A stretch of 64,000 nucleotides of DNA from the human T2T-CHM13v2.0 reference genome, Homo sapiens. The stretch lies in the NCBI RefSeq assembly GCF_009914755.1, contig NC_060927.1; one strand, 5' to 3'. Below, one piece after another: positions 1-13,870 of this stretch. Each line of letters begins with the position of its first letter. Position 1 is the stretch's first letter. The translations under genes and the position numbers were made by a program. The notes under the pieces are model-generated. The model was not told where the DNA came from. It worked only from the letters and a program-made list of their open reading frames with translations, and searched no databases.

Positions 1-39
1 TTTTTAGGTTAAATGTACCTGCTATACTGTGCCATTAAA

Positions 40-825
40 TTAATTTTGACACATGCATAACCTGTATAACCTAAACCCCCATTTTTAAAATATTCACTCT
101 TAGTACTTAATGTAACATATCAAGAGGTTGAATACTACCTCACCCAAGAAAGTTTCCTCATGCCCCATCCCACTTAGTTCCTACCCCTAGACCTCCAAGA
201 GACAACCACTCTGAAATTTGTTTCCACCAAAGATTAGTTTACCTGCTCTATAACATCATAAAAATGTAATTATATAGTATGAACATTTTACTTAAAGCTT
301 CTTTCACACAGTATTTTTTAAGATTCATCCATGTTGTTGCACGTTTTTTTTTTCATTTTTATCACTAAATACTACCGCATCATATGAATACACCATAATC
401 TGTTTATTCATTAATGTATTAATAAACATTTTCAGCTTTGGATTTTTATGAATACAGTTCCAAATAACATTCCTATATAAGCCTTTCTGTGCATATATCT
501 TTTGATTTCTCTTGGAATGAAACCAATGAATCATAGAATAAGTGTATATTTAGTTTTATAAGAAAATATTGTATACTCCCAACAACAATGAATCAGATTT
601 CCAGGTGCCCTACACCCTCACTAACATTATCCAGCTCTCCCTCTCTCTCTGTCTTTCTCTCTATATATATACATATATATGGACATACATATATGTACAA
701 GTATGTATATATATGTACATATATATGGAGAGATTTTATATACACATATACATAAAACTTTAGACATTCAAGTGCATATATATGTAGTCGTATCTCTCTG
801 ATTTTAATTTGTACCATCTAATGAC
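40..825 (-). mobile_element. Old L1 (L1M-type) 3' end fragment
   Basis: Reverse-strand L1M 3' UTR motifs (agattcatccatgttgttgc, ttttaatttgtaccatctaatgact), interrupted by a simple repeat; boundaries approximate. Confidence 0.7.
636..785. repeat. (CT)n followed by degenerate (TA/CA)n low-complexity tract
   Basis: Seen directly: ctctctctct then tatatatacatatatatggacatacatatatg... Confidence 0.9.
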
Positions 826-2070
826 TGTATTAGTGTAGATTCAAACAGGAGATAGACACCACACATTGGGTTAGACTACAGAAGTTTAATATAAAGAATA
901 ATAAAACTATGATAAAAGAATAACTACAACATTTGAGAAAACTCTCTATGGTACCCCAAGATGGAAAGTAAGTACCACAGGAAAGACAAATTTGGTAGGG
1001 GGCTTCCTTCCCAAGGCTGGTGTGATGGTTCATACTGAGTGTCACCTTGACTGGATGGAAGGATGCAAAGTATTGATCCTGGATGTGTCAGTGAAGGTGT
1101 TGCCAAAGGAGATTAAGAGTTGAGTCAGTGCACTGGGAAAGGCAGACCCACCCTTAATCTGGGTGGGCACAATCTAATCAGCTGCCAGCACGCCCAGAAT
1201 AAAAGCAGGCAGAAGAACATGGAGAGATCAGACTGGCTTAGCCTCCCAGCCTACATATTTATCCCATGCTGGATGCTTCCTGCCCTCAAACACTGGACTC
1301 CAAGTTCTTCAGCTTTGAGACTCGGACTGGTTTCCTTGCTCCTCAGCTTGCAGATGGCCTATTGTGGGACCTTGTGATCGTGTGAGTTAATACTCACTCC
1401 TTAATCAACTCCCCTTTTTATATACATTTATCCTATTAGTTCTGTCCCTCTAGAGAACCCTGACTAATACAGCTGGGGTTCAGATCTTGCTAGAGGAGTT
1501 ATAATTTAGCCTGCTAAAGAGTGGAAAGTTGTTTTTTCCATACTAAAGCTGATCTGCACAACTGGGTCAGTACAATGTAGCCTTCCAGAGTGCAAGTGGG
1601 GAACAGGCCATCAGTAACCAGGGCAAGCAGAGGAGGTGGGGATTTTCCAGGCCCCAGGCCAGACATGTTGGTCTGGCAGAGGGATCAGCATCCAGAAGGG
1701 ATCCTCTGGGCCTCAGGGACCACTCTGGTACCTGCAGAAGGAATCAGGGCAGCTGTGCCAGCAGGTCTTTAGAGCACTGGTTTCTCTATTTAGGGTCATG
1801 GAAAGGTTATCATCAGTCCAGACTGAGACTTCAAGGTGTCTGTGGATCCATGCACTCTGGGCCTGTGGTTGTGGCAGAGCTCCACTGGATGTCATCCCAG
1901 CCACACCACCCTACCCACATTTCAGCCACCAGCACCTGCAGGAGACCCTCTTGTTCCTACGGTGCTCCCACAGTACCCTTTAATGAGAAAGCTTAACAAT
2001 GTGCTCACTTTAAAGGAAAAATGCTTACAGGAAGCCCATAATCACAAAGCATATGTTGAAGAGTGAATTT
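826..2070. mobile_element. Probable ancient LTR-like element hosting the MLT2A insertion (family unassigned)
   Basis: Begins tgtattagt, typical of a MaLR/ERVL LTR terminus; GC-richer than its flanks; continues across the MLT2A TSD. Confidence 0.4.
1021..1471 (+). mobile_element. MLT2A (HERV-L) solo LTR
   Basis: tgtgatggttcatactgagtgtca...ctagagaaccctgactaataca with TG...CA ends; perfect 5-bp TSD GCTGG at 1016-1020 and 1472-1476. Confidence 0.92.
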
Positions 2071-3198
2071 GGAGGTGAATAGCAATACAAATACAAACGA
2101 ACAAAAGTAGATTTAAAAGTTGAGATAATTTACCCAAGATCATACAAGGGGTAAAGTAATTTAACATTTTAACTCTTGGAGTCTAACCCTTCAGAACTAT
2201 GCTGTCCTGTCTCTCAAAACAGTGTGAGCATTTTATATTTTAAGCACGTACCCAAAATATCAGCAATACTTTTAATCTCTATATTTTCAGTTCTTCCATT
2301 AGAGATGGAATCATGGATGATTTTTATTTTGTGTTTTATTTTCTAAGTTTTTGAAAATAACATGTATAATCATTATGATACAGTGAGTAGTTTTTCTTTG
2401 TTGTCGTAATGATTTAAGATACAGTTTCTGTTCATCTTGATTCATATATAATTGTCTTAAATGTAGAACTCATGGAAATTTGCCCAAGAATATGACCTTA
2501 CTCTCTTTACAGCCCAATTGTCATCAAAACTTCAGCTTGTTGAAATTCTTATCCTTAAAGATTTATATTTAATTTACTTTTCTAGGTAGGCTAAATTTCA
2601 GATTAGACAAGACTCTCAGAGAACCATGTGCTAGGAACTAGATGTCCTTTATATGATTGTTTTTACAAAAATGAAATTTGGAATTTTTCCATCAACTTTA
2701 TATTGAGACATAAGGAAGTAATCTTACAAAATATATGTCTGCATTTAGTTTAGATTGTAGTTTATAGCTTGCCTACTATACTACACCTTGTATATATGGG
2801 TGTATGTGTGTGTATGTGTGCTATTCAACTTCACCTGATAGTATGGTTTAATGCTAACCACATTAGTTAGTTTAAATTTCTTCCAGATTTAAATATTCTG
2901 GGTTACTCTAAAGCAAATTATCCTATTTGTTTGCTTTTCTCTTGTTCTAGATACTGGAGATCTTACAACTGATCATTATTCTCTTTCTGGGTTTGTTACT
3001 TGAAAACTCAGGGCCAAGTTGGGATGCCCGTTTAGTAATACCATAGGCTCTGTGGTATGGTTTCCATAAACTACCAGATCTATTGTATTTTTGCATTCTT
3101 ATTTTTATTTTGTTACCAATTTATTTCTTTAGCTGTATTTCCCGATTGTATTATATTCCTATAACATATATAAAATTCCTTTAGGAGGAAATCAAGGG

Positions 3199-3234
<36 letters not shown>

Positions 3235-3258
3235 ATGTGTGTGTGTGTGCACGCGTGC
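3199..3258. repeat. (TG)n microsatellite with CG/CA interruptions
   Basis: Seen directly; about 60 bp of alternating purine-pyrimidine. Confidence 0.95.
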
Positions 3259-3557
3259 AGTATTAAACTTTACCTGATGGTATTTACCCACATTTTTTTC
3301 CTGAAATATATTTTACAATTATCTAAAACAGTGCTTATTTCCACAGTAAATGGTATTTCTTTTACCACATGTGAGGTTAAATTTCAAACATCAATATTTA
3401 GTGACCTCAAGGGTCATCTGAACCATCCTTATATCTCTAGAGAGTATTACATTCAAATTATTACAGATCAATGGCCAATTATTTTGCTGAAGTTTATATT
3501 TTGATAAAGAATGCTGCATACTTAGCTTTTCAAATGGACACTCACCCATGGTTAGTA

Positions 3558-4078
3558 ATGTCAAAACAAAATTATACCCGATGAAGTTAAAAAGACAAGG
3601 AAGATTTTATGCAAGTTTATTGCAATAGGAGTTGAGACTACAGCAATAGGGAGAGAAACTGAACTCAAACTTGATCAAAAGGCAGAAGGGATTTTAAGTA
3701 CTGAGATGAGCTAGTGGAAAACTACTGAAGAACTTTAGCGGGGTAGATTGGTCAATGTGATTAGGCCATATATATTTGCTAGTTAGCACTTATCAAAATT
3801 AGGCTCCTACCCTCCCACAAGGACTGGGAGAGAAGGGCACTATTATTGATGACATTTCAAAGGGATGGCTCCCAGGTCCTTGAAAAAGATATTCCTGGGT
3901 TGGACAATTGGCGAGAGGCTAGAAGAAGATTTATATCTCAAAGGGACAGACAAAGAATTTGCAATTATTAGTTTTCTAAAGTAAATGTTCTAAGGAAAGG
4001 GAGGTGGGGGCCTATAATCAGAAAGAAATCTGTCCAAAGTTTAGGCATGCTGTGGGGAACCTAAGGCCATCTTGGATA
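3558..4078 (-). mobile_element. ERV1 solo LTR, MER67-like
   Basis: Reverse complement starts ccaagatggccttaggttccccacagcatgcctaaactttggacagatttctttctgattataggcccc, resembling the MER67 5' end. Confidence 0.75.
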
Positions 4079-4112
4079 GTAGTAGTAGTAATAGTAGTAG
4101 TAGCAGCAGCAG
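4077..4112. repeat. (TAG)n-(CAG)n short tandem repeat
   Basis: Seen directly. Confidence 0.85.
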
Positions 4113-4384
4113 TCAATCTAGGTAAACAAAGCAATATTAGTTTCACTATGTATTTAGACCAATAGGAGGAGGTAGCTTGGTCTTTTTTAAGCTATATTTT
4201 AATATTTAAAGCACATACTTTAATGATAGTACAGTATTTAACACATGTGGTATAGTCCACATTTCTCTGTATCTGTCCTGTCCTCTTCCCTAGTGAATAT
4301 CTCCTATTCTAATCATTGCTGAGAATTTCCTGGGCCCATTCTCAATCATCGCTGCTCACAGTTAGTCTCAGGTAACCACTGAAT

Positions 4385-4510
4385 TTTGAAGCTTCAGTTG
4401 CTAAAGCTACCTAAATTGACAATTTCATACCCAAGACACTCATGTAAACCTCACAAGGTTGTGAGAAATGAATGTGATAATGTATGTAAAAGCACATGGC
4501 ACAGTCACTG
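4385..4510 (+). mobile_element. MIR fragment
   Basis: cctcacaaggttgtgagaaatgaatgtgataatgtatgtaaaagcac resembles the MIR 3' core. Confidence 0.6.
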
Positions 4511-6520
4511 GAAAACTGTAGTTAAGGGATGGTTTTCATTGATTCAATGCATTTATTTCACTTCTTACTAGCCTTGTCACTCTTCTTTCCCTTCCTTGTT
4601 CCAGGCTTCTGGCTCCTTGTCTCTCACCCTTACCTGTGGGAGTGTAACGCCCCTGCTAAGAGCAGCACGCACATCTCTGAGCTCATGGACCCAGCAGTAT
4701 CAATGCCTTTGCTCTCTGAATCTGCTCTTAGTCCTACCCATCACACATGCACATTCCAGTTTTGATTCCTACTACAGCTTTGTATGCTGCTTAGCACTGA
4801 GGGAAGCAAGGCAGACCAGCCCCATCAGCTACAACAGTAGAATCATCCGTGGCATCCACAAGTTGATATAGGTGTAGTCGGTTCTCTGGCACATCACACA
4901 CCTGAACAAACACTCACAGAATGTTCTGAATATTATGTTTCTGACCAAGTGAAGATAAAGGAAGGACCAAAAGCGACAGAAAAAGCTACAAGGTCAAAAA
5001 AAAAAAAGAGATACAAAGGCAAATGGAAAAATACAATGATCATTACTTTAAGTATTAAAAGTAGGAGAAAGCATTTGTTTGTTTTTTATTTTGTTTTCAA
5101 GAACTCAAGGATTAGAGAGTTACAGCATGAAAAAGAGCTGAGGGATAGTACTAGGTGACAAGCTGCCTTGGGGAAACACTGGAGAAGAGACATTCTGGTG
5201 TGAAGAGACTATAAAGCTCCTAACAATAGGAGGAGCTCCATCTAACTTGCTTTTATTTTCTTCTTTCTTCAGGTCTCCACTTCTACATTCATGTAATGGC
5301 AAAATAACTCAATCCTTGGTTTTCTGATTAAAGTGAGACCATTGAGAACATTTTTGTCTTGTCTAAATCTCTTCTACTCTCTCCTGTTCTTCTACCTATT
5401 CTCTCAACTTACATCCCGTTTCAGAGTAATATCTTCCTTAATTATTTTTAGAATATTCCTTTAAGCCTTCTTAAACTTTCATTCCTTTTATTTTTCATCA
5501 GTTTCCTGTCCTTGTAATTAACATCCTTTCTCTTCAGAAGCAAGATCTAGTATGTGTCCAGTGGAGTAAAGAATGTTTCAGTCTAATACATAAACAACCC
5601 TATTGTAAATATTTGGGAAACTATATTACGATCTTGCATAATATATACTAAGAAAAATTTAATATATGTAGAATAAAAGAGATGGAATAAAAAGAGTAAA
5701 TGCTAAGTACAAGGGAACATTGTCACATTTCTCATGCTCTCTCTGCCATGACGATAACTTCATGAATGTATTTATAATGAAGGATGGACTGAATAATGAC
5801 CCAAATAAAATTTTAATTTTCTTTCATTTTAAGTCTATTGAGTAGTTTTTATGCTCAGCCCTTAAAAAGGATAAAACAGTGCTTTCCATTATTCACAAAA
5901 GAATTACATTTGTGTGAATGCTATTTTGCAATTATTCTATAGACCTCTGCTGTGACACTCAAGGAGTTTCAAATAGTCAATACAAAATGGGATTTTGAAT
6001 GTTGAGGAAGTCATATAACAATAAGCAGGGTTGGTTCAGAAAGAATATTCATTACTGGGAGACATTGAAAATGTGTTTATGGAAGAATTGATCACAGAGT
6101 CAAAACTGGTATTTTTCAGTGGAATTGGTACATTTTTCCCATTAAACTTTTAATGACTCGGATCCGAAGCATATTTAATTCATGGATCACTGCTGCAGTA
6201 TTGTGTCAACATGTACTTAGGGAGTCTTCAATGTATGGATCACTGCAGTGATAGACTGTAATGGCCCCTCGTCTATCAAGTTAACACATATTATCATAGA
6301 ACACTAATACAGGGGTTATTGATAAGATATTTCATAGCTTATACCTTATAAGAAAGTGTTGTCAGCCCCCTAAGATTATCAGTAGTAAAAGTAACAAAAA
6401 AACAGAATTACTAAGACTTTTTAGAAAAATAGTATTTACAAAACATAAGCTTTCTCCAATTTCACTCTATGCTTAGATGATCATTTCATTTTAACATTGA
6501 TTATTTACTAAATTCTATTT

Positions 6521-6907
6521 TAGTTTATTCATTTACTTATTTATTTATTCGAGACAGGGTCTCCCTCTGTCACCCACGCTGGAGTGAAGTGATGCAATCT
6601 CAGCTCATATTTATTTATTTATTTGAGACAGGGTCTCCCTCTGTCACCCAGGCTGGAGTACAGTGATGCCATCTCAGCTCACAGCAACCTCCGCATCCGG
6701 CACTCAAGTGATCCTCCCACCTCAGCTGCCTGAGTAGCTGGGACTACAGACATGCCCCACCATGCCTGGCTAATTTTTGTATTTTTTGTAGAGATGGGAT
6801 TTTGCCATGTTGTCCAAGTTGGTCTTGAACTCTTGGACTTAGGCAATCCACCTGCCTCATCCTCCCAAAGTGCTGGGATTATAGGCGTGCGCCACTGTGC
6901 CCAACCC
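6521..6907 (-). mobile_element. AluJ-type element with tandemly duplicated 3' end
   Basis: AluJ diagnostics (gagacagggtctc, ctcaagtgatcctcccacctcag); (TTTA)n tail; TSD ctaaaYtctattt at 6508-6520 and 6908-6920. Confidence 0.92.
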
Positions 6908-7479
6908 CTAAACTCTATTTGATTGCAAGGTATATTCAGCTCTGCTGCATCTTTTGTACATTAATATGGGTCATTTTCTTAGACTGCTTCATAGGAATAA
7001 CATCACTTATATGAGGCTCAATAACTAGGAAGTGGGAGCTCTGGTGAATTAAACAACTCTGATGAATTAAACAAGGAGACTGTAGGTGGTATACCGAGTT
7101 TGACGCCTCCCCTCCCTTAGGCAATGGCAAGATATACACTTTACATTTAGTCAAGAGTTTTTGCTGGCATATGGTAATTATTAACAGACATTACTGAGCA
7201 TCTTTCTTTCTATAAGAAAAGTACAACAAAGACTCTATTTGATAATGCATATGGTACATTTTAAATTCTCCATAAAATTAAGTTCAGCCTGTCCTCAGTT
7301 GATAGTTATTCCAAGAATAATTTTTGCATTATTAAAAATGTCAAACAATAGCCGTAAGGAAAGATATGTACATGACAATATATACCAACCACTCTTTCCA
7401 TTTGTTTTCACTTCCATCTGACTTCTACTTCAAAGTTATAAGACAAAATCTATATTTATTACTTGTATTTGTTAATAAA

Positions 7480-8320
7480 TAAAAATGGAACAATAAAAAA
7501 TGAACAAACAACTGATTCATACAATAACACAGATGAATCTAAAATGCCTTTTTAAGTGAAATAAGTCAGACAAAACATCTACATATTATACGAGTCTTTG
7601 TAAGTGACATTCTGGAAAAGGATGACTGACAGCTCAATGGTTGCTAGAGAGAGTGGAAGGAAAAGCCAGGGGACAAAGGAGCAGTAAGAGAAAAATTTGG
7701 GAGTGACCGAATAATTCTGTACATTATTTTGGTGGTGGAAACATAACTCTGGATTTCCCAAAAACCATGGGACCTCCAAAAGATTGATAAATAAAATTGG
7801 TAGATGGCATTTAACCAAGTGATCAAGAGTAACATCACCAGTAATAACATATATCCATATCATGTATCCCTGATATAATGTGCTGAGAAGTGATAGCCAT
7901 GCTAAGAATTCATAACTTCAACCTAATCATAAGAATATATCAGACAAATCTAAATCAAGTAATATTCTACAAAATATTGTCCAGTACTCTTAAAAATGTC
8001 AAGGTAATGAAAGACAAGGAAAGCCAGAGGAACTGTCACAGATTAGAGGAGCCTCAGGAGATATGCGACTAAATGCAATGTTGGATCCTGGACTGGACCC
8101 TGGAACAAAATAAGGACATTAGTGGATAAATTACGAAAGCCAAGTAAAGTCTGTAATTTAGTAATTAGCACGTATCACTGTTAATTTCCTAGTTTTGATA
8201 AACTTTACCATGGCTATGTAAGATATTAACATTAGGAGAAGAAAGAAAATGGTGTGAAGGATATATTATCTTTGCAACTCCTCTGTAATTCTATAATTAT
8301 TCAAAAATAAATTGTTTTTA
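7480..8320 (+). mobile_element. Old L1 3' UTR fragments (L1MC/L1ME-like)
   Basis: gatgaatct..aagtgaaataagtcagac; ggatcctggactggaccctggaacaaaataaggacattagtgg; tctttgcaactcctctgtaattct...aaaataaa. Confidence 0.75.
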
Positions 8321-8989
8321 AAAATCTAATGAAAGGACATGCCATACTGCAGGGGCTATATTCTCATGTGCATCAAGTTGCCATGAGGCTAGGAGAAACC
8401 AATAGTCACAAAACGTGACATTGTTTTCACCAAAAAGATACTAATAATGTGATTTGGATTAAATACTGTCTAACCCCATCTTTTTCATTCTCTTATAAGA
8501 CTTTAGAATTAGAACCTGTTTTCTGGGTTATGTTTCTAAAAGCAACTAGGAAAATCAACTGCACTAGTTATTGTTATTGTTTTAACCTCAGCATAAACAG
8601 ATGATCGGCCAGTTGATATAAGCAGAAATCATAAGACACAATTAACCCTCTCTAAATTATTCCTCTCAAAGTCTAGTCCATGTTTCTATTCCCAGAGAGA
8701 ATCATGGATTCACAGAATGCTTGTGATATGGGAGACCTTAGAGAAATTATTCAAATCAGAGGTTGTCAACTGTTTTGAGTACAAAAATTCCTCAATGTTT
8801 GACAGTCGCCCAGAAGACAAGAATGAGGCCACATGAGCTTTATTCAAATCCTTAATGCCCCAGCTGCTGCCAGATTTTTACTTAAGTTTCTTCTGTTTGT
8901 CCATTTATACTCTCCGGAAATTTTTGTTCAAATAAATAATTCTAAGCCTGAAAGATTTTTAAACCATCGCTCTATGTCAAGCTTTTTGT

Positions 8990-9085
8990 TTAAAAAGAAA
9001 GAATATGAGGTAAAGATGTGAGGTGACTTGTCCATGGTCATACAATGTTTTAATGGTAAAGTTCAGACACTAGAACTCTCAAATT
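8990..9085 (-). mobile_element. MIR fragment
   Basis: tgaggtaaagatgtgaggtgacttgtccatggtcatacaa resembles the reverse MIR core. Confidence 0.45.
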
Positions 9086-9620
9086 TTGGTGCCCTATTTC
9101 TTTTTCTAGAGCCCATATTCTAACTTATCTTACCTCTACAATGTGGTAACTGTGACTTTTAGAGAAATCTCCTTAAACTAAAGAGTGTCCCAGGTCAATT
9201 AAGTAAAGAAATGTTCAAACTTGAGACCATTGTACAGGGTAACTGATTATACTCACCTAATTGCAATGGTAATCAATGCCTGCATTAATCATTGACACAT
9301 AGATCTATATAGCTATACAGAGACATACTCACAAAATTGGTTAAGAGCTTTAACAGTTTTATATGTGTGTCCTGCGCCTCTTCCTAGGAAATGGAAAATT
9401 GTGCCTGAGAAAATGAATTCTTGGTCTGAGTTAAAGTTCTATTAGAAAAATACGTTGTTTCTCCACAATCCTAGTCCCTTAAATTATATGAAATTTTAAC
9501 TCCCAAATATCTTTTATGCTCAAGAATGAAACCAGCCAATATTTTAATGGCAACAACTAATCTCAGAATTTTCATATTTCCTGAAGGATGGGCTTAGTAG
9601 AAAAAGAGAACAATAGCTGG

Positions 9621-10196
9621 TGACAGCCAGGAGCTGGCCAGTGCTATTCACTGGGCTTTGATGTACAAGGAGTTGGACTAGCACTTGTGGCTACGCCACG
9701 GTATTCTCATGTTGAATATAAACAATTTCACACAACTCCAACGTGAGATAAGACCACTCTGTTTCACTGATGGTCTTGTTTCTTCGCAAAACAAGACCAC
9801 TGAACTATTTTGTCTGATGACAGATAACAACATACACATTTCCAACCTTAAAAAAAATGATAAAACATCTGTTTATCCTGGCTAATGTGAATAACTGCTG
9901 CTTCTTACCAAACAGACTTGCTTCATTCTTTTTAGTTTTCTAGGTAAGAATTGCTAAGATGCACACGTAGAGTTACCCCTGCTTTCTAATGGCATCCCGT
10001 CCAGAGCCAACCCTGCTTCCTAGAATCCTTCCCCAAAGCACCTAACAGAAGCCAAAATTCTGCAAGGAGTCCTCTCTTACTGAGACACTCCACGGTTCCC
10101 CATAGCGCATGTTCTCCCTGCTGCAGTAAGTCGAATAAACCCAACTCTTGAGTGACAGGTGTGTTCCTGGTGACCTTTGGCTGAAAGGCATTGACA
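9621..10196 (+). mobile_element. ERV1 solo LTR, MER90-like
   Basis: gttgaatataaacaatttcacac..., atcctggctaatgtgaataactgctgcttc; AATAAA near 10134; ends ggcattgaca. Confidence 0.65.
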
Positions 10197-10221
10197 ACAG
10201 TGTCAGAAGAAGCAAATTCAC

Positions 10222-10297
10222 ATGCAATTTACCTATATAATAAACCTGCACATGTATGTACCTTTGAACTTAACACAAAAGTTAAAAAAACAAAACA
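10222..10297 (+). mobile_element. L1 extreme 3' stub with A tail
   Basis: caatttacctatataataaacctgcacatgta...aaaagttaaaaaaa. Confidence 0.75.
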
Positions 10298-10402
10298 GAA
10301 GGAAGTTCATACCCTTCTTGGAATGACAAGTACGTAACTGGCTAAAGGCCATTTTGAATGTCAGCCCTTCTCTTCCCAACACCCTCCCCATCTCCATATG
10401 AG

Positions 10403-10436
10403 AAACAAAACAAACAAAACAAAACAAAACAAAAAA
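10403..10436. repeat. (AAAAC)n repeat
   Basis: Seen directly, abutting the Alu head. Confidence 0.9.
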
Positions 10437-10742
10437 CAGGCACACTGGCTCAGGACTGTAATCTCAGCACTTTGGGAGGCCGAAGCAGAGAGATGACTTG
10501 AGGTCAGGAGTTTGAGACCAGCCTGGCCAACATGGTGAAACCCCGTCTCTACTAAAAATACAAAAATTAGCTGGCCATGGTGGCATGCACCTGTAATCCC
10601 AGCTACTCAGGAGACTGAGGCAGGAGAATCACTTGAACCCGGGAGGTGGAGGTTGCAGTGAGCCAAATCATACCACTGCACCCCAGCCTGGGCAACAGAG
10701 TGAAACTGAGTCAAAAAAAAAAAAGCAAAAAAAAAAAAAAAA
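10437..10742 (+). mobile_element. AluS
   Basis: Full dimer, linker ctactaaaaatacaaaaattag, poly(A) tail 10713-10742. Confidence 0.95.
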
Positions 10743-11436
10743 GCTAACAAGAAGAAACTGGTTATCTCAGGAGTCAAAGTCTGTAGGTTCTGTCACCTCA
10801 TAAGCAGTCCCTGACCTCTGCTTTCCCTGTCTTGACCACTTGAGAGGCTGGGTGCTAGCCTACAGTGACTGTGTTACAGGGACAGGAAAGACCCAAGCCA
10901 GAGAGGTATCTGTTTGCTTTGTGCTTGTCCTAGCCTCCCATATAGCTATGCCATCACTGAAGGAGAAAACTTCTTCTCGTGGCACACTGGACTAGTAGGC
11001 CCTTGAAACTACCCAAATCATCATTTCAAGTCCAATAATGACTTACTGTTTGACCTTGCATTTTGCAAACCAGCTGAGGGTCTACAAACAACAGAGGGTG
11101 AGCCCTCAAGGTAGATTGCTGGTTAAATAAAAATCTAAACTTGCCTAAGGTTATCACTACATACTTCAATGATAGTCTCCTGCTTGGTCTTCCAGAACAG
11201 ACTAAACTGTCCTGTTTTGATAACTTAGCCTCTTCTAACAATCTCTATTTAAAGCTAGCAACATTTATTCACTTACTGGAAAGCTATGCAGAGGAACATT
11301 GCCAAATTCAATCTGTTAAGACAGCTGTGCTATACTACTGTCCCCTCCTCACAACTCTGTTATTCCAGAATGTTTTTATCCATACTTTCTATTGAATATT
11401 CTGAAGTATATTTGGTCTATAAAGTAGAGGAGAAGA

Positions 11437-11699
11437 TGCAGAAATCACCCACCTTCTACATTGATCTCACTGGGAGCTGCAGACTAGAGCTGATCCTATT
11501 CAGCCATGTTGCCCGGGAACCCACATGGGGGCCTGTCAGGCGGCTGGGGGGTAGGGGAGGGAGAGCATTAGGAGAAATAGCTAATGTAGATGACAGGTTG
11601 ATGGGTGCAGCAAACCACCATGGCGCGTGTATATCTATGTAACAAACTTTCACTTTCTGTACATGGATCTCAGAACTTAAAGTATAATAATAAAAAAAA
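11437..11699 (+). mobile_element. L1PA 5'-inverted mini-insertion: inverted L1 5' terminus (11437-11520) plus L1 3' terminus and poly(A) (11521-11699)
   Basis: 16-bp TSD AAAGTAGAGGAGAAGA at 11421-11436 and 11700-11715. Reverse complement of 11437-11520 reads ggcaacatggctgaataggatcagctctagtctgcagctcccagtgagatcaatgtagaaggtgggtgatttctgca, the L1PA 5' start. The 3' part is the G-rich L1PA 3' UTR. Confidence 0.88.
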
Positions 11700-12615
11700 A
11701 AAGTAGAGGAGAAGAGGCAACCTTTTTTCTCGATCAATTCATGAAAGTGATTTATTATCATATATTAGGGATCAGGTAAATTATTTAAAAAATGTCACCA
11801 TCAAAACATTTTGTTCTTCTTTTTCATGTATATTTGCATTTAGGAAAGTGAGAAATTCCTTTCTCCATCTCCCTTTAACTATTTGTTTGGGTCCCCAAAA
11901 TTTAGGAGAGGTACAAGAAATTAAATGAGAGAAAGGGACGTCAACATGAAAGGATATAAGATTTGCAAAGGTGGCAGCAAGCCATAGTAAGTTATTCAGA
12001 AATTCATTAATTCACTCCTCGAATGCTTAGATTAATTGCATCAAAATTAGTGTTTGCCTCTGGAACAACTAGGTGGTGATAAATTTATTAAATGTCTTTT
12101 ATCCTGACAAATCCTAAATTGCCAAATGTTGCTTTATGTGTGTAAATATATGCAAAGTAATTCAAACTTTACTTTGAAAGCCTTCAACTTTATTTATCAC
12201 TAAAATTGCCTGTCAGCCACAGAAGAGACAAGGATGTAATTTGTTCATGGTTGGAAATGAAGCCCAGGGACACGTGATTAACCTGGCTAAAGGCACCGGG
12301 GATTTTCTACATGCAGATCAACAGATTAATACTGATCTTTCATGATCCTTCAAATTATAGTTTGCCTTCTCCTAATTGTCTTCGTTGAAAATATTCTGTC
12401 TCTTACACATGACAAGAGCCAATTTATTAATTCTTCCATCTTAAACACGTGGGATCAAACAGATCTCTCAGTTTGGCACATATCTTAGAGGTGGTGGCCA
12501 TATGCCACCAGATCTGTTATGTCATTTAATAGAATCTCAAAACTGCTTGTCCTTAAAAACTTAGAGAGGCTGTGCTATACACAAGCTTTGTAGGCTCAAT
12601 AAACAGCATGTATGC

Positions 12616-13601
<986 letters not shown>

Positions 13602-13649
13602 TATGCCCCATATATAATAATAATTTCTCACATATACTGAGAAAGTAAC

Positions 13650-13870
13650 TTCTAAGCACTTACTTTGTTCTAAGCACTTTATATATAATAATTTACTTAA
13701 TTCTTAGTGCAAACTTACAAGGTAAGTACCATCGTTGTGTTCATTTTTCAGATAAAGAAACTGAGGCATGAAATTCTTGGTTAGCTTGCCAAAGGCCACA
13801 CAACTAGTGAGTGGCAGAGTCATATCCATATTTAAATCCAGGCAGCACAGTTCCAAGCCTTCATTTATGA
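13650..13870 (-). mobile_element. MIR
   Basis: tttttcagataaagaaactgaggca...gcttgccaaaggccacacaactagtgagtggcagag. Confidence 0.8.

Noticed and set aside
6239-6252. 14-bp perfect palindrome ATCACTGCAGTGAT
   Set aside because: A few palindromes of this length are expected by chance in 64 kb, and there is no supporting context
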